DNA of 63,982 nucleotides, the filler included, from Guillardia theta CCMP2712 (Eukaryota; Protista; Cryptophyta), in assembly GCF_000315625.1 (NCBI RefSeq). It is 6 parts of 6 records of this genome, joined end to end, with 100 filler letters (N's around TTAATTAATTAA, not from the genome) between each part and the next. Parts side by side here need not be neighbours in the genome. Positions count along the whole stretch, not along the records: positions 21,102 to 37,835 come from NW_005434636.1; positions 37,936 to 45,014 come from NW_005434225.1; positions 45,115 to 53,141 come from NW_005434241.1; 3 more parts are not named here. One strand, 5' to 3'. Positions within the stretch are counted from its first letter, which is position 1. Each line of letters opens with the position of its first letter. A program made the position numbers and the translations under genes. Under the pieces are notes generated by a model. That model was given only the letters and a program-made list of their open reading frames with translations, was not told where the DNA came from and did not search any database. This document shows positions 35,817-48,440 of the stretch, in pieces.

Positions 35817-36211
35817 TTAAGGGGCAGGGGAGCTGCTGTCAGTGTGGGTGACGTGGCTCGAGATGGTCTCGGTGGAGCCAGCGACGCTGTGGTCAGTGAT
35901 GTCAGCTCCACGAATGTTGTCGAGGTTGGTGGTGTCCTCCCAGAAAGTGTTGATGGCGACGTAGTTGTTGTACGCGCCCTGGTTGGAGCCAGTCATGTCC
36001 ATGGAGGCAGCGCCATTGTCGGAGTCGCCGAGCCAGGACTCAGAGACGTAGGTGTTGTCAAAGGTAACTCCTCCTGCTCCTGTTGTCAGAAATGCGGGAC
36101 GCTACTGGCATCCGAGTTCATGCGTACCGAAGACGAGGGGGCGCCGACGCCGCAGGAGTTGCTGCCGACGCAGGAGGAGAGAGCCTGGAAGTGGACAATG
36201 TCTTGGAACAT
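35817..36211 (-). CDS. Small hypothetical protein (MFQDIVHFQAL... to ...HTDSSSPAP*)
   Basis: Both segments show strong C/G third-position codon bias, with a GT-AG intron at ~36080-36127. Joining them needs a one-base adjustment in a C-run near 36138. Confidence 0.4.
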
Positions 36212-36608
36212 CTGCGAGATTAAAGGCGTCACAGAGGTTGAGCAAGAGCAAGGCGAGACAAGAGGATGCCGTCCGAAGGAGGGAGGGACAGTATCAGCAA
36301 TAGTTCCCAGTACACATACATCACTAGAACGTTCTTTGACAGTAAAAGACAGCAGCAGAACATTGAATGGTGACATCAAAAGCTCTGGTCAGTGTCAACT
36401 CAACCGGATCAAAGGAGCATCTTCGCGCTTGCATTCAACAAACAAGAAAGCGAACGACGAACACCGCTCAGAACAACAAGGAAGTCATGATGATGAGGGG
36501 AAACTAGTATGTGGCGGCACGTGGTTTTGGGGAGGCGCTGTTTTGAAAGAGGAGAGACTTGTTGATAAAGTACATCTGTTGTACAGGACGGTGATAGTAG
36601 GTATCTCA

Positions 36609-36639
<31 letters not shown>

Positions 36640-37295
36640 GGGCCAGCACTGGTCTGGCAGTCAGACAAGGCGAATGAAAACTCTGAATGAGTGAGAGTCT
36701 CTGCTGGTTGAGGAGGAGGAGGAGGAGGAGGAGGAAGGAGGAACAGAAGTGAAGCAGCAGCAGCAACAGCAACAGCATTGTGAACCTGGTGACGACCTTG
36801 GTTTCAGCACAGGGGGTAGGGGTTATATTGACAGTGATATTTGACAGGGGTGGGTAGTCTGTAGGAGAAGGTGGCCCAGTGGGGTGTTTAGTCACAACTT
36901 GAACAGCAGGGGCGGGAGGGGGGGTCGATAAACGGGTAAAATGAGGGGTGATGTTGGTGTTGGAGGGTTCACTGTTCATGGGGGTGATGTGGTAGTAGGG
37001 GGGGTGGAGGTACAAGAATGGCTATGTGGGGGTTCATTCAACAGTGATTTTTTTTTTGAGGGGTCTATTTCTGGGGGAGACTGAGAAGGTTCAAATGCTG
37101 AAAATAATTTCAAGTTTTGACTTATTAATTTCAAAATAACAGGAGCACTTAACTTGAGTAATATAAAGTTTGAAGCGACTAAAATTCCGAATTCTTGAGT
37201 CAATCCGATGATTATTCCGGCACTCTAGTCAAGTACCGATCTCGCCGCGCCCGGTGCCGGGGTGACAAGTAGAGTACGAGCAATTGTTCTCGACG

Positions 37296-37622
37296 GTCCT
37301 CTACCAGCACCTCTTCTCGTCCTCTACCAGCACCTCCTCTCGTCCTCTACCAGCACCTCCTCTCGTCCTCTACCAGCACCTCTTCTCGTCCTCTACCAGC
37401 ACCTCCTCTCGTCCTCTACCAGCACCTCCTCTCGTCCTCTACCAGCACCTCCTCTCGTCCTCTACCAGCACCTCCTCTCGTCCTCTACCAGCACCTCCTC
37501 TCGTCCTCTACCAGCACCTCCTCTCGTCCTCTACCAGCACCTCCTCTCGTCCTCTACCAGGACCTCCTCTCGTCCTCTACGAGCACCTCCACTCGTCCTC
37601 TAGCAGTACCTCCTCTCGTCCT
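37296..37622. repeat. 23-bp minisatellite (GTCCTCTACCAGCACCTCCTCTC)n, about 14 copies, degenerating to ~37740
   Basis: Head-to-tail units with no spacers are directly visible. Confidence 0.95.
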
Positions 37623-39003
37623 CGAGGACGGCAGCAGCCTCACATCTGACTGGCCTCCACCAGCTCTCTACCGGACCCCGAAGTCCTCTCGGCCTCTACC
37701 AGCACATCTGACTGGCCTCCACCAGCAGCTCCTCTCTACCTTGAAGAGCGCCTCCTCACTGTCCTATACAGGCAGCTCGTTAGGGCCGTCTAGGAGATCC
37801 TCATCTCGTCTCTACAAGGGCGGCCTCTGGTCCGCNNNNNNNNNNNNNNNNNNNNNNNNNNNNNNNNNNNNNNNNNNNNTTAATTAATTAANNNNNNNNN
37901 NNNNNNNNNNNNNNNNNNNNNNNNNNNNNNNNNNNCGATGATCGAAGACCCGACCATCCTCTCACCGTTGGCAAGCAAGACTGTTGCCTCCGACACACCC
38001 TGCGATTCCCACCTCAGCGCGTGGGCCCATGTTGCTCATTTCTTGTCCATCCTGCTCACGGCACAGGACAGAGGCAGGCTACTTACTTTGTCGTTTCTCG
38101 AGAGTTTCACCACCTCTCCGCACTTGCTTGTCTTCAAACTCTCCACCTTCGCCCCTACCCGCAGGGTCCCGGGTCGAGCCTGGAAGTAGCTCTGAATGCT
38201 CTTCTGCATGAATTTCTGTTCGTTTAGCTGCTGCTCTCCCCTTGTAGCTGCCAGTCCTTCTCCTCTCCCTCCTCTGCTCCGACGGCTCTTGTCCCGCTCT
38301 ACCGCTCCTCCTCCCTCCTCCCTCTTGGTTCCCGCGCCATTGCCCTTCCTCGTATCCTTTTTGGAGCTGCACAATTCTACCCCTACCCCATATGTAGACC
38401 CTTGTGAGAGGGGTAGTATTCCCCAAAGTGAGGCATCGCCTGGCAAGTCGGGCATCAAACAAGAACTGAAGATCCGATCGATGACGATGATGATGATGTT
38501 GTTGACGATGACGATGATGATGACGACGAAGATGATGACGATGACGATGATGATGATGATGAAAGGGTGACGGTAGATCATGATGACGATAGATCATGAT
38601 GCTGGAGATGGAGAGGATGATGAGGATGATGATGATGATGCAGATGAGTCATGCTTTCCGAGCGCTCAGGCTTGCATGATAGGATAAAGTTTGCTAGTTT
38701 TGCTGCGCTGCGAGGGTAGACCTGGAGCTTCCGCGCAGTGACAGCAGCAGCACAAGCCTCTTCCTTACAGTGACTGACACCTCAGCTGGAGGATCTGAAG
38801 GGGTTCGGAACGTGGACAGCAGGAGGGGTGATGGAGCGCTTCAAGAACGATCGAACAAGTCCATCTCCTCCGCACTCTCCTCTTCATCGTCATCCAACCC
38901 TGCTAGCGCCTCGAGCCTCCGCTTCACCTGCATCCCCGGCTAACATCAGCTCACAGAGCCAGCAACAGACTGCAGTCCCGTACCTTTGCGATCCTCTGCA
39001 GCT

Positions 39004-40178
39004 TCATCTGGGGAAGGCGCATTGGGGCTCGTGCGAACATGTATCTGCAGACGCGCTTAGTCTCGTCGTCAGGCAAGAGAACTGGAAGGAAGATAACCCG
39101 TAGCGCTGCCCCCGCAGCGTCGTCAACATCGATTCTTCCGAGCGATCTGCCTCGAACTCTCCACCCTTCTCCTGATCGAACATCGATCGATTCTCTTGTG
39201 CTCTTCTGTTCAGCTCCTCCGTTTCCTCCTCCTCCTCGACCTCCGATTCGCCGACGACTCCCTGCGACGGGTGGAAAGTCAGCTTGTTCGCCCATGCTAG
39301 AGCAGAGGAACCGGATCGCTGGTGCCCGTCACGAACCACCACTCATGGAGAAGTTTCAAGCACTGAGCGACCGGTATGACAGCCGTGTTTTCCGGAAGCT
39401 TGTGGAGCATCCTTGCATGCAAACATGCCAACCGACAACGCTTGACTGCCATGTCGGGCTGTTTGACAAGAGCCAGGAAGCTCTGACCCCTGGATGCCTC
39501 CGAGACGAGATGCCAGTCTTCATCACAGACTTGCGTCTCAGCGTCGACAGGCTTCTTGATCTGCTTCTGTCTCTGAGAATCCTCGCCCAGAGCTTTTTCT
39601 AAACTTGTGATGTCAATCGTATCTTGGAACAGGTACAGGACGCTCCACATGCTCACTTCTTGCTTGGCGGTTGCCTTGATGCCTCGCATCCAGTCTAGCT
39701 TCTCTCTCTCCGTGATTCTCCTTGTCCTCATCTGCGATCTCCGCCAATCGATGAACATGGCTTTGTTGAACAGAGAGTCGCTCGCGCCCTCGCTCACCGT
39801 TATCCTCGACCTCCTCATCGCTCTCTGGAAACTCAGCCTCGAGATCCTCATCTCTGCAGGCAATCAGGGAGACAAAATAAGGTCGTCAGCCCCGCCACTC
39901 AGACGCCTCCCTTCCGACTGACCTAGTTCGTAGTGCGGGTCGAAGAGCTCTCTAAAACACATAAGCATAGCCCACTGATCCTTTGAAATTCTCTCCACCT
40001 CCCCTACATCCATCCTCTCCTGCAGAGTCGGGAGCGTCTCCTTGAGCACGTGGTGGAACCCTTCCCACACGCCATGCACGTGCGCCCGCGCACTCCGAGT
40101 CAAGCGAGACCTTTCGGCCGCACTTGATGCCGCCATCATGGCGACCAGAGCCTGACAGGAGCCGTTGCCGCTCCTCAT
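39004..40178 (-). CDS. Hypothetical protein (2 or more exons)
   Basis: Consecutive coding-like ORFs 39864-40181, 39297-39863 and 39004-39342, with an intron at ~39857-39922. No recognised domain. Confidence 0.5.
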
Positions 40179-40662
40179 CACTATATAAGATTCGGTTTTG
40201 ACAGATGCGAACCATTTCGTAGGTTGTATAGTATTATGTTGCTGCCTTCCCTTTTTCCCTAGTTCCTCTCTGAGGCGAGTTGGATTTGGTCTGTGTACCC
40301 TACCCTTGAAAAGTGTACCCTACCCAATACGAATGAGCCTTCGGGATAAAGGACCATACCTTTGCCTCAAGAAAGGTCTAATCTAGACAGGGTAGTCTCT
40401 TGCAGGGGTGGGTGTACAAATATGATCCCAAGCCCTGTGGTAGGGTACTTCTTGGCAGAGGGAAAACATCGATGACGAGATAGGTGGGGTGGACACTAGA
40501 CACGGTGGGGGTGATGGTGTACGGGGTGCCCAGAGGCAAACTACCCTTAGTCTTACCCATACGGGTAGTACCCAGTCGTACAGCCAACACAACAAGACCC
40601 TGGTGGGGTACTTCGAGGCAGGGGTACTAAAAGGCGAGGAGCGGTGACCTTTCGGAATCGCC

Positions 40663-41245
40663 ATGTTCTTCCAGAAGGTGAGGCGATGGCAATATTGTCG
40701 GGAAATGGCATGAGGAATCGCTCGTGATTGATCAGCATCAGTGAATGATGCAGACGTGTGATGGCTTGCTGGATGTGCTGTCATTTTTCATGGTGGAGAT
40801 GCTGGCTAGATGTATGAAAAGCTGTGGGGTTTGGTATTTGGTGCCGACCTCCACTGGTGTTGCACGATGTCTAGAGAGTGGAGGTTGTCCAGAAGCCCTC
40901 CGTGCTTTGATATGGGATCGCTGCAGCATAGGAGAGGATGTGTTTTGTTTTGTGGTGTTGCTTGTTCTGGCTTGCTCACAAGGTGTGTCGTTCGACAGCC
41001 TTTCTTTATAGTGCCTGCCAGCTCGTCGATGGTGCGCTTTCTCTGAATGCCATCAAACACATCAAGAAGCCTATCGTATCTGCAAGCTGATACTGTGTGT
41101 ACAGCTTATGGGCGTGGAGGCCTTCTTGGCCCACCACCATGCTGGTGATGTCGGTCCCCCCCCTGCCTGGGGAGGCATTGCTGACGACGGTCCCGATGCC
41201 CCTTGCGCCGTTGCTGGTACAGGCACAGCTTGGGGGATGCATTGA
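40663..41245 (+). CDS. Small hypothetical protein, copy 1 (last exon LMGVEAFLAHHHAGDVGPPPAWGGIADDGPDAPCAVAGTGTAWGMH*)
   Basis: The start reads ATG TTC TTC CAG AAG|gtgagg. The final exon 41105-41245 follows tacag and stays open in both copies. Internal exons are uncertain. Confidence 0.4.
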
Positions 41246-41476
41246 GTCTTACTGCGGTTGCAGGCATGTTCGGATGCGCTCCGATGAACTCCACCTACGA
41301 TTACTGGAAGAACGGAGTCCCCTGGGAGGGCCCCCCTGTTGTGTTCCACTAAATTACGACACACTGTGTGTATCAAACAATGTGCTTGTGATTGATTCGC
41401 TCTTCGAGTAAACTATGCAAGAATCATCGACGCATGTGTTGTAAAGAATATGGCATCCTCTTGTAATGGCCCGGCT

Positions 41477-41600
41477 TCAGAGCTCGGAGGGCTTCTCCTT
41501 GTTCCGAAGTTCCACGATGCCTTGGTGGTCTTCTTTTGGTTCCACTCGTCGTGACTCCCAGTCCTCCACCTTGGAGTCGGGTTGCTCCATCAGGAAAACA
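41477..41600 (-). pseudogene. Duplicated, degenerate 3' end of the MESD gene
   Basis: FLMEQPD..VEDW matches FLMEQPEVEEFEW of the intact copy. It ends NKEKPSEL*. Confidence 0.6.
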
Positions 41601-42258
41601 ATCTGAAGAGGAGTGCTATGGTATGCTGACTCACTCAACTTGCCAACTGGCAACGCTGCCTGGTCCAACTTGATCAGAAGTTGGATACTATGATAATTGC
41701 GAGCGGTGTACTGAGTCGGGCCGGGCCGGCCCCCCGGCGGCCGAGTTTTTTCGTCGTCCGTCCCGAGTCCGGCCCAGTCCGCCTGGCTTCAATGGCTGCT
41801 ACTATTTCATAGTAAGGCATGTATTAGTGTTTTGCTGCCTTTCATTTTTTCCCTAGTTCCTCTCTGAGGCGACTTTGATACTCCGACTTCTTTTAAGTTA
41901 AGTGCTGCTTGACGCATTCTGATTTCAGGTCCGGATAAGGGGTGGTAGGGGTGTGGAAATTTGAGTACCCCACCTGTGACATTTGCCCCTCTACAACAGG
42001 AGGAGTGGTGGTACAAATATGATCCCAAGCCCTGTGGTAGGGTACTTCTTGGCAGAGGGAAAACATCGATGACGAGATAGGTGGGGTGGACACTAGACAC
42101 GGTGGGGTGATGGTGTACGGGGTGCCCAGAGGCAAACTACCCTTAGTCTTACCCATACGGGTAGTACCCAGTCGTACAGCCAACACAACAAGACCCTGGT
42201 GGGGTACTTCGAGGCAGGGGTACTAAAAGGCGAGGAGCGGTGACCTTTCGGAAGCGCC

Positions 42259-42841
42259 ATGTTCTTCCAGAAGGTGAGGCGATGGCAATATTGTCGGGAA
42301 ATGGCATGAGGAATCGCTCGTGATTGATCAGCATCAGTGAATGATGCAGACGTGTGATGGCTTGCTGGATGTGCTGTCATTTTTCATGGTGAAGATGCTG
42401 GCTGGATGTATGAAAAGCTGTGGGGTTTGGTATTTGGTGCAGACCTCCACTGGTGTTGCACGATGTCTAGAGAGTGGAGGTTGTCCAGAAGCCCTCCGTG
42501 CTTTGATATGGGATCGCTGCAGCTTATGAGAGGATGTGTTTTGTTTTGTGGTGTTGCTTGTTCTGGCTTGCTCACAAGGTGTGTCGTTCGACAGCCTTTC
42601 TTTATAGTGCCTGCCAGCTCGTCGATGGTGCGCTTTCTCTGAATGCCATCAAACACATCAAGAAGCCTATCGTATCTGCAAGCTGATACTGTGTGTACAG
42701 CTTATGGGCGTGGAGGCCTTCTTGGCCCACCACCATGCTGGTGATGTCGGTCCCCCCCCTGCCTGGGGAGGCATTGCTGACGACGGTCCCGATGCCCCTT
42801 GCGCCGTTGCTGGTACAGGCACAGCTTGGGGGATTCATTGA
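42259..42841 (+). CDS. Small hypothetical protein, copy 2
   Basis: Near-identical to 40663-41245; ends AWGIH*. Confidence 0.4.
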
Positions 42842-43116
42842 GTCTTACTGCGGTTGCAGGCATGTTCGGATGCGCTCCGATGAACTCCACCTACGATTAC
42901 TGGAAGAACGGAGTCCCCTGGGAGGGCCCCCCTGTTGTGTTCCACTAAATTACGACACACTGTGTGTATCAAACAATGTGCTGTGATGNNNNNNNNNNNN
43001 NNNNNNNNNNNNNNNNNNNNNNNNNNNNNNNNNNNNNNNNNNNNNNNNNNNNNNNNNNNNNNNNNNNNNNNNNNNNNNNNNNNNNNNNNNNNNNNNNNNN
43101 NNNNNNNNNNNNNNNN

Positions 43117-44098
43117 TTCTTTTGGTCCCACTCGAACTCCTCCACCTCGGGTTGCTCCATCAGGAACTTCTTCACTTCATACCCTTTGGAGCCATCCTGG
43201 CAGAAAAACCTGAGCTCGATGTGTTCTTGCATCATCTCTAACCTGTACTGTCCACAGGATCTTGTTTGGATCGATGACGTAAGGGGTAGCCTCCAGGTGC
43301 CCTGCAGTCGAGGTTTCCCATCAGGGCTCGATTCACGGTGTAGGCTCAAACGGACCTGATTGCATCAGGGATTTGTGGCGGAATGCAAGCTCCTCGGTTT
43401 CTGCCTGCAACCTGTTTCACAACGCCCAGCGCGAAACGTGTCATCAGCTCATACCTTATCTCTTTCCCTCCACTCCCCTGTCTTAGGATCCTAGAAAATC
43501 CACCTCTGTTCAGACCAGCACGGCAGCGGCAGCCTTGATCAGCTTGGAACCTTGATCTTATCCAACGTGGCGAACATCATGGCAGGTTTTCCCTTCTTGG
43601 ATGCCTGAACGCTCCTCATCAACGGGGCAACTCCCGAGAACCACGGCGCTGTTTGACCTGCATGTACTCCATCGGATTCTTGGGATCAAACTGAACTTTT
43701 GGTGGCTCGGGCGGTTTCCAGGGTTCGCCGGGACCCTTCGTGTCGTCAGATCGTGTGGCCGACCACGATGATCGAGCTCACCTCTGCCTCGCGCTCTAAT
43801 CTCTCCCAATCCTCCTTGGTCATCTTGTTCCATGGCTTCCGCTCCTTCTTCTCCTCTTCCTTCTTCTCCTCCGCCTTCTCTGCAGCCATTGCAGGTCGTC
43901 AGCGTTGCCCTTCGCAACATGGAGCGGGTACCCTTCTTGACTTTCTTCGCCTGCATATGGGGCGTCAGCATTCCTCCGCTGCCAACCGCCCGCCCTATCA
44001 CCAACCTTCTTCTTGGCTTCACATGGAAGTAGAGAGCATGCAATGACCAGCAGCAGCAGTGTCGTGCTGATCCACAACCTGACGCAAGTAAAGGTCAT
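43117..44098 (-). CDS. MESD: MESD/Boca-like ER chaperone (3' end in gap)
   Basis: Signal peptide MTFTCVRLWISTTLLLLVIACSLLPCEA. Spliced segments KPWNKMTKEDWERLE, PPKVQFDPKNPMEYMQ|ASKKGKPAMMFATLD, ETEELAFRHKSLMQS and DGSKGYEVKKFLMEQPEVEEFEWDQK parallel MESD KKGKTLMMFVTV / ETEEIT / DGSYAWEIKDFL. Confidence 0.8.
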
Positions 44099-45114
44099 GC
44101 TGGAAACTGACTGGTGATTTCCCTCATCATTCTGTTTCTGGCCATCTTTGACATGATTAGCATCTCCGACATTATTGACATCATTGACATCGTCGACAAC
44201 ATCGGAATGGGTCGTTCCTCTGCTTCTCGCTACTCTTGGATGCTGCAGACAACGATCCAGCACTGACCGAATGGTTATCCGGCACGGCAAGGATAGCCTT
44301 CCATTCTCAACATCCTATCAATGTCCTCGTAATTACTTTCGCGAATTTCGACACCATGGCCGAAACAAAGATACTGCAGGCCTCGACCATGTGTATACCC
44401 TCCCCCGTTTCATTCCCACATTCGATTGTACACCCCTTGTTCTCCTCCATCTCCCTGAGCTCAATCCTGTCTAAGAACAAGGATCGTTCGCCATACACTT
44501 TGCCTGCTTTGCCTCCATTTCCTCGTCCCCTCCTCCTTACCCTCCCGCTCATCCTCGTCCCTCCCACCATCACTTGCCTGGTCCTTGCCATGTCGATCTG
44601 ACCTGGGATCTAGATCGTTCTTTCACAAAACTGTACCACCCCATTATAATTATTTGTACCCCTGTCTTTCACTGATTATTTTGTGATATAGTACCCGGTA
44701 GAATAAGTGCCCCACCCATAACTGCCATGTCACCAACAAATCCAAAGTGCCAGAAAAATTTGTTCACGCTGAATTTCTTTGTAGATCGTTGAGGGATGAG
44801 AATAACGAAGAAACTCTGAGCAGCGAGCTACTGATCCTTTCCTTCGCTCCTTGAGCGGCTTACCTGTCCCCTTCTGTGCTTCTTCTTGTTTGTGATTTCT
44901 TCAGTTCTGCTTTTTCTTGGGATCAGTTCTATAACGTGACGTCCTCTGCGAAAGCAACTCAATATTGAACCAGGCAAGATGGGAAGACATGGGTGGACAT
45001 GGACAACGGAAAAANNNNNNNNNNNNNNNNNNNNNNNNNNNNNNNNNNNNNNNNNNNNTTAATTAATTAANNNNNNNNNNNNNNNNNNNNNNNNNNNNNN
45101 NNNNNNNNNNNNNN

Positions 45115-47009
45115 AAGCCTGCGACGATGCAGTGCTTGCTGCCAGACGTGACGTTCGAGATCAACGGCCAGGAATACACGCACGAAGATGCTTACTTCTC
45201 ATCGGTCGACCCCCCCCCCCTCCCACCCTGAACTTGTCGTGAACCCCCCTTTCCCCCTCCCTCCTTCCTCTTGCCGTGACCCCTCCACCACCACTACCAC
45301 CACCACTCCCTCCTCCCTCTTGTCGTGATCCTACCCCCCCTCCCTCCTCCCTCTTGTCGTGATCGTACCCCCCCTCCCTCCTCCCTCTTGCCGTGATTTT
45401 GCCCTCGCAGGTCGAAGAGTTCATGAAAGCCTGGCCCTTTCACAAGAGACACAAGTCGTCTGCTGCCTCGCTGCGGTGCTGAGGGTGTGACGGTTGAGCC
45501 GCAGGAGGGAGGGAGAGCTGCTGAAGCCTCGCCGACAAGACCCGTCGAGAGATTTCGTCAATGTTTGGCAGGTGGGCCGTTGGCTCCTCCTCCTCTCCCT
45601 CTCTCCTGCCCCTTGTGACTCGTTCGAGCAGGAGATCAGTCAGAGCAGAGTCTACGTTCCTCAGAAGCAGGATGTTGGCAGGATTCTTAAGCTTGAATGT
45701 ATTCCCATCAGTCAGAACGGCCTCTACACAGGCAATTGAACTTACCCTTTCCTCCGCCTCCTCCTCCCTCCTCGCTTCCTCCCTGCCCTCCTTCTTCTCG
45801 CTCCCCTTGTCTTTCTCCCCCTTGTTCCCAACCCTTCCTCCCGCCTTCCTCCTCACTTTCCTTTCGTCCTTCCTCCTCTCCTCCCTCCTTCCTCTCACAT
45901 GCCTTGCAGGCAAGTCCATGAGCATCGAGTCAGCGGAGGTAATGCAAGCGCCTCCTCTCGCTCCTGCTCGCAGCATGATGGAGGTACCGCAACCTCCCAA
46001 CAGCTTCGACCCGCGAGCTCCCAAGGCCACCTTCAAGGTCCTCACCTACAACTGCCTGGCCGACATCTACGCCAACCCCCAGGCCTACCCCTACACGCCC
46101 TCCTGGGCCCTCCCCTGGAACTTTCGCAAGAGGAACTTGCTGCGAGAGATCCTCGGGTACCAGGCAGACGTGCTGGCGCTGCAGGAGGTGCAGGCGGATC
46201 ACTGGAAGGAGTTCTTAGAGCCTCAGCTGGACGCGGCAGGGTACCAGGGGGTGTACAAGCAGAAGACGAGGGAGAGCATGGGGCAGGACGGGAAGATGGA
46301 CGGGTGTGCCATCCTCTTCCGCAAGTCTCGTTTCTCTCTGGTGGAGAAGCATGCTCTAGAGTTCAACCATGTCGCCATGTCGCGAGCGAGGGGCGTCGGA
46401 GGGAAGGGAGGGCTGAGCGAACGCGCCCTCCAGTGCCTCCTCAAGGATAACGTCGCCCTCGTCCTCGTCCTCGAGATGTCCATCAACGGCCAGCCCGCCG
46501 GCCCCTCCGGCCGCATCTGCGTAGCGACGACGCACATCTATCAGAACCAAGGCTTCCCCAACGTGAAGATGTGGCAAGTGATGACGCTGGTCCAGGAGCT
46601 GCAGAAGTTCACCGTCCCTCGCCAACTTCCTCTGATCCTCACGGGCGACTTCAACTCGCAGCAGGACAGCTCTGTGTACGAGTTCCTTCAGCGAGGGACC
46701 GTCAACCCCAACCACTCGGAGCTGCAGGACGATCCGCAGGGCATCCTAGAGCACGCTGACATCCGGCACAATTTACAGCTCAGGGACAGTTACAGCGCCC
46801 TGGGGAAGGACTTCTACTCCAACTTCACCGCCACCTTCACCGGCATCCTCGACTACATATGGCACACTGCCGATCGCCTCCGGGTCACGCGGGTGCTGGA
46901 GCAGATCGATCACATCACGCTCACGGCCTACACCGCGCTCCCCTCCCCCCAGTACTCCTCCGACCACATCGCCTTGATGGCCGAGCTTGAATTCTCGATT
47001 GTGCGATGA
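45115..47009 (+). CDS. CCR4: CCR4-type EEP deadenylase (plant CCR4a/b-like, no LRR seen); 5' end at or before the gap
   Basis: FKVLTYNCLADIYA, WALPWNFRKRNLLREI, ADVLALQEVQ, DGCAILF, VATTHI, ILTGDFNS, FTGILDYIW, PSPQYSSDHIALMAE. N-terminal VYVPQKQDVGRILKLEC. Confidence 0.9.
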
Positions 47010-47390
47010 TTGCGGGGGTAGGGCAAATGCGGAGAAAGAATGAAGGGGAACGGCAGGAGAGGAGGAGGAGGAGCGGACACAGCAGCAAGTGGAGATGCTG
47101 GTAGATGGACAGACAGGCTGAGGAGCTTTCAACGAGATCTCGTGTACATTTCATTTGAAGTTTTTATATTGAAGTTGAATAAACCAAAAACTCCTTGACA
47201 TNNNNNNNNNNNNNNNNNNNNNNNNNNNNNNNNNNNNNNNNNNNNNNNNNNNNNNNNNNNNNNNNNNNNNNNNNNNNNNNNNNNNNNNNNNNNNNNNNNN
47301 NTCCCCTCCCTCCTCCTCTCTTACTCCCTCTCCCTCCTCCTCTCCTCCCCTCCCTCCTCCTCTCTTACCTCTCCCTCCTCTTCGCCTCCC

Positions 47391-48440
47391 TCAAGTCTCC
47401 ACCAGCCGCAGCAGGTTCCCGTCAGGGTCCACCAAGAACAGCGACTTGGACGACGTGAACAGCCGCGACCCTCCGATCCCCCACTCCTCCCCCGCCAGCT
47501 CCTCCTCCGACATCACCTTCACCCCTCCTCCCTCCAGCCACTTCCTCGCTTCCTCCACCTTGTCCACCTCGAACCCCACAAACACGATCCCCGGAAGAAC
47601 CTTCCCCGCCCCCACCAGCGGGTTCCCCAGCGTCGCCTCCGTGTTGCAGTTGAGGATAAACTGCAAGCCCCGTCAGTCTCCTCCTCCTCCATAACCACCA
47701 CCTCTCCCTCTCTGCTCCTCCTCTACCCTCTCTGCTCCTCCTCCTCCTCCTCCTCCTCCTCCTCCTCCTCCTCCTCCTCTCACGTTGATGTCGCACTGCG
47801 AGCCCTCCAGCCTCGTGATCCAGGGCCTCTCGTTCTTCAGCGGGTCCTCGTCCAGCTCGTACGTCATCACCTGCTGCACGAAGCCCAGCTTCTCCGCGTA
47901 CCACATCACGTTGCCTTGCGGGTTTCGGATTCGGATCCCGACATGGTCGATGGGCCGCTGGTTTCCTATCATCTCCCCCGTCACCTCCACCTCCTCGTCT
48001 TCTCCCGAGTTCTTCTCAAACTCCATCGTCGTCCTGTCCGGGTCCCGGCAGAACACAGCTCGCAGCACTCCCCCCGGCCGTCGCTCCCCGGTGATCGTGA
48101 GCCCCTGCTTCTCCAGGTACGCCCGAGCCCCCTTGACCGAGGGGACGAGGAAGCTCGCGTGCGTGTGCCCGGGGTACTTGACGTCCTTGAAGTCCATCAG
48201 GATGTTCTGATTGTTCTCGTGCCCCGCGTCCGCCTTGAACAGATGCAGCTGCAGCCCTCCCGCGTTCTTCATCATCTTCCTCTCCTCCGTCGACCGCCCG
48301 TCCTCCACCTCCTTGAAGCCGAGCTTCCCGTAGAAGTCAAGAGCCGCCGGCATCTGCGACACGGCCACCCCGAGATGATGGTAGCCGATGAGCTTGAAGG
48401 GCGGGCGCACAGTCGTCAGGAGCTTGGGAGCTGACATCAT
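47391..48440 (-). CDS. Glyoxalase/VOC-superfamily protein with two VOC domains (one intron, ~47665-47783)
   Basis: HHLGVAVSQMPAALDFYGKLGF, HASFLVPSV, FCRDPDRTTMEF, IDHVGIRI, GFEVDKVEEA, LFLVDPDGNLLRL. Confidence 0.9.

Larger units (their letters stand above)
40220..43170. repeat. Tandem segmental duplication, period ~1596 nt
   Basis: ~40413-41385 is nearly identical to ~42011-42981. Flanking matches: ccctagttcctctctgaggcga at ~40257 and ~41851; ttcttttggt...tcgggttgctccatcaggaa at ~41530-41597 and ~43117-43167. Confidence 0.95.

Noticed and set aside
37296-37622. 23-nt repeat as a CRISPR array
   Set aside because: The units are head-to-tail with no unique spacers, there are no cas genes, and the context is eukaryotic.
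41290-41376. RGALPGDSVLPVI as a reverse-transcriptase QG motif
   Set aside because: It lacks the Gln, has no downstream YADD and sits in no long ORF, so it is a chance resemblance.
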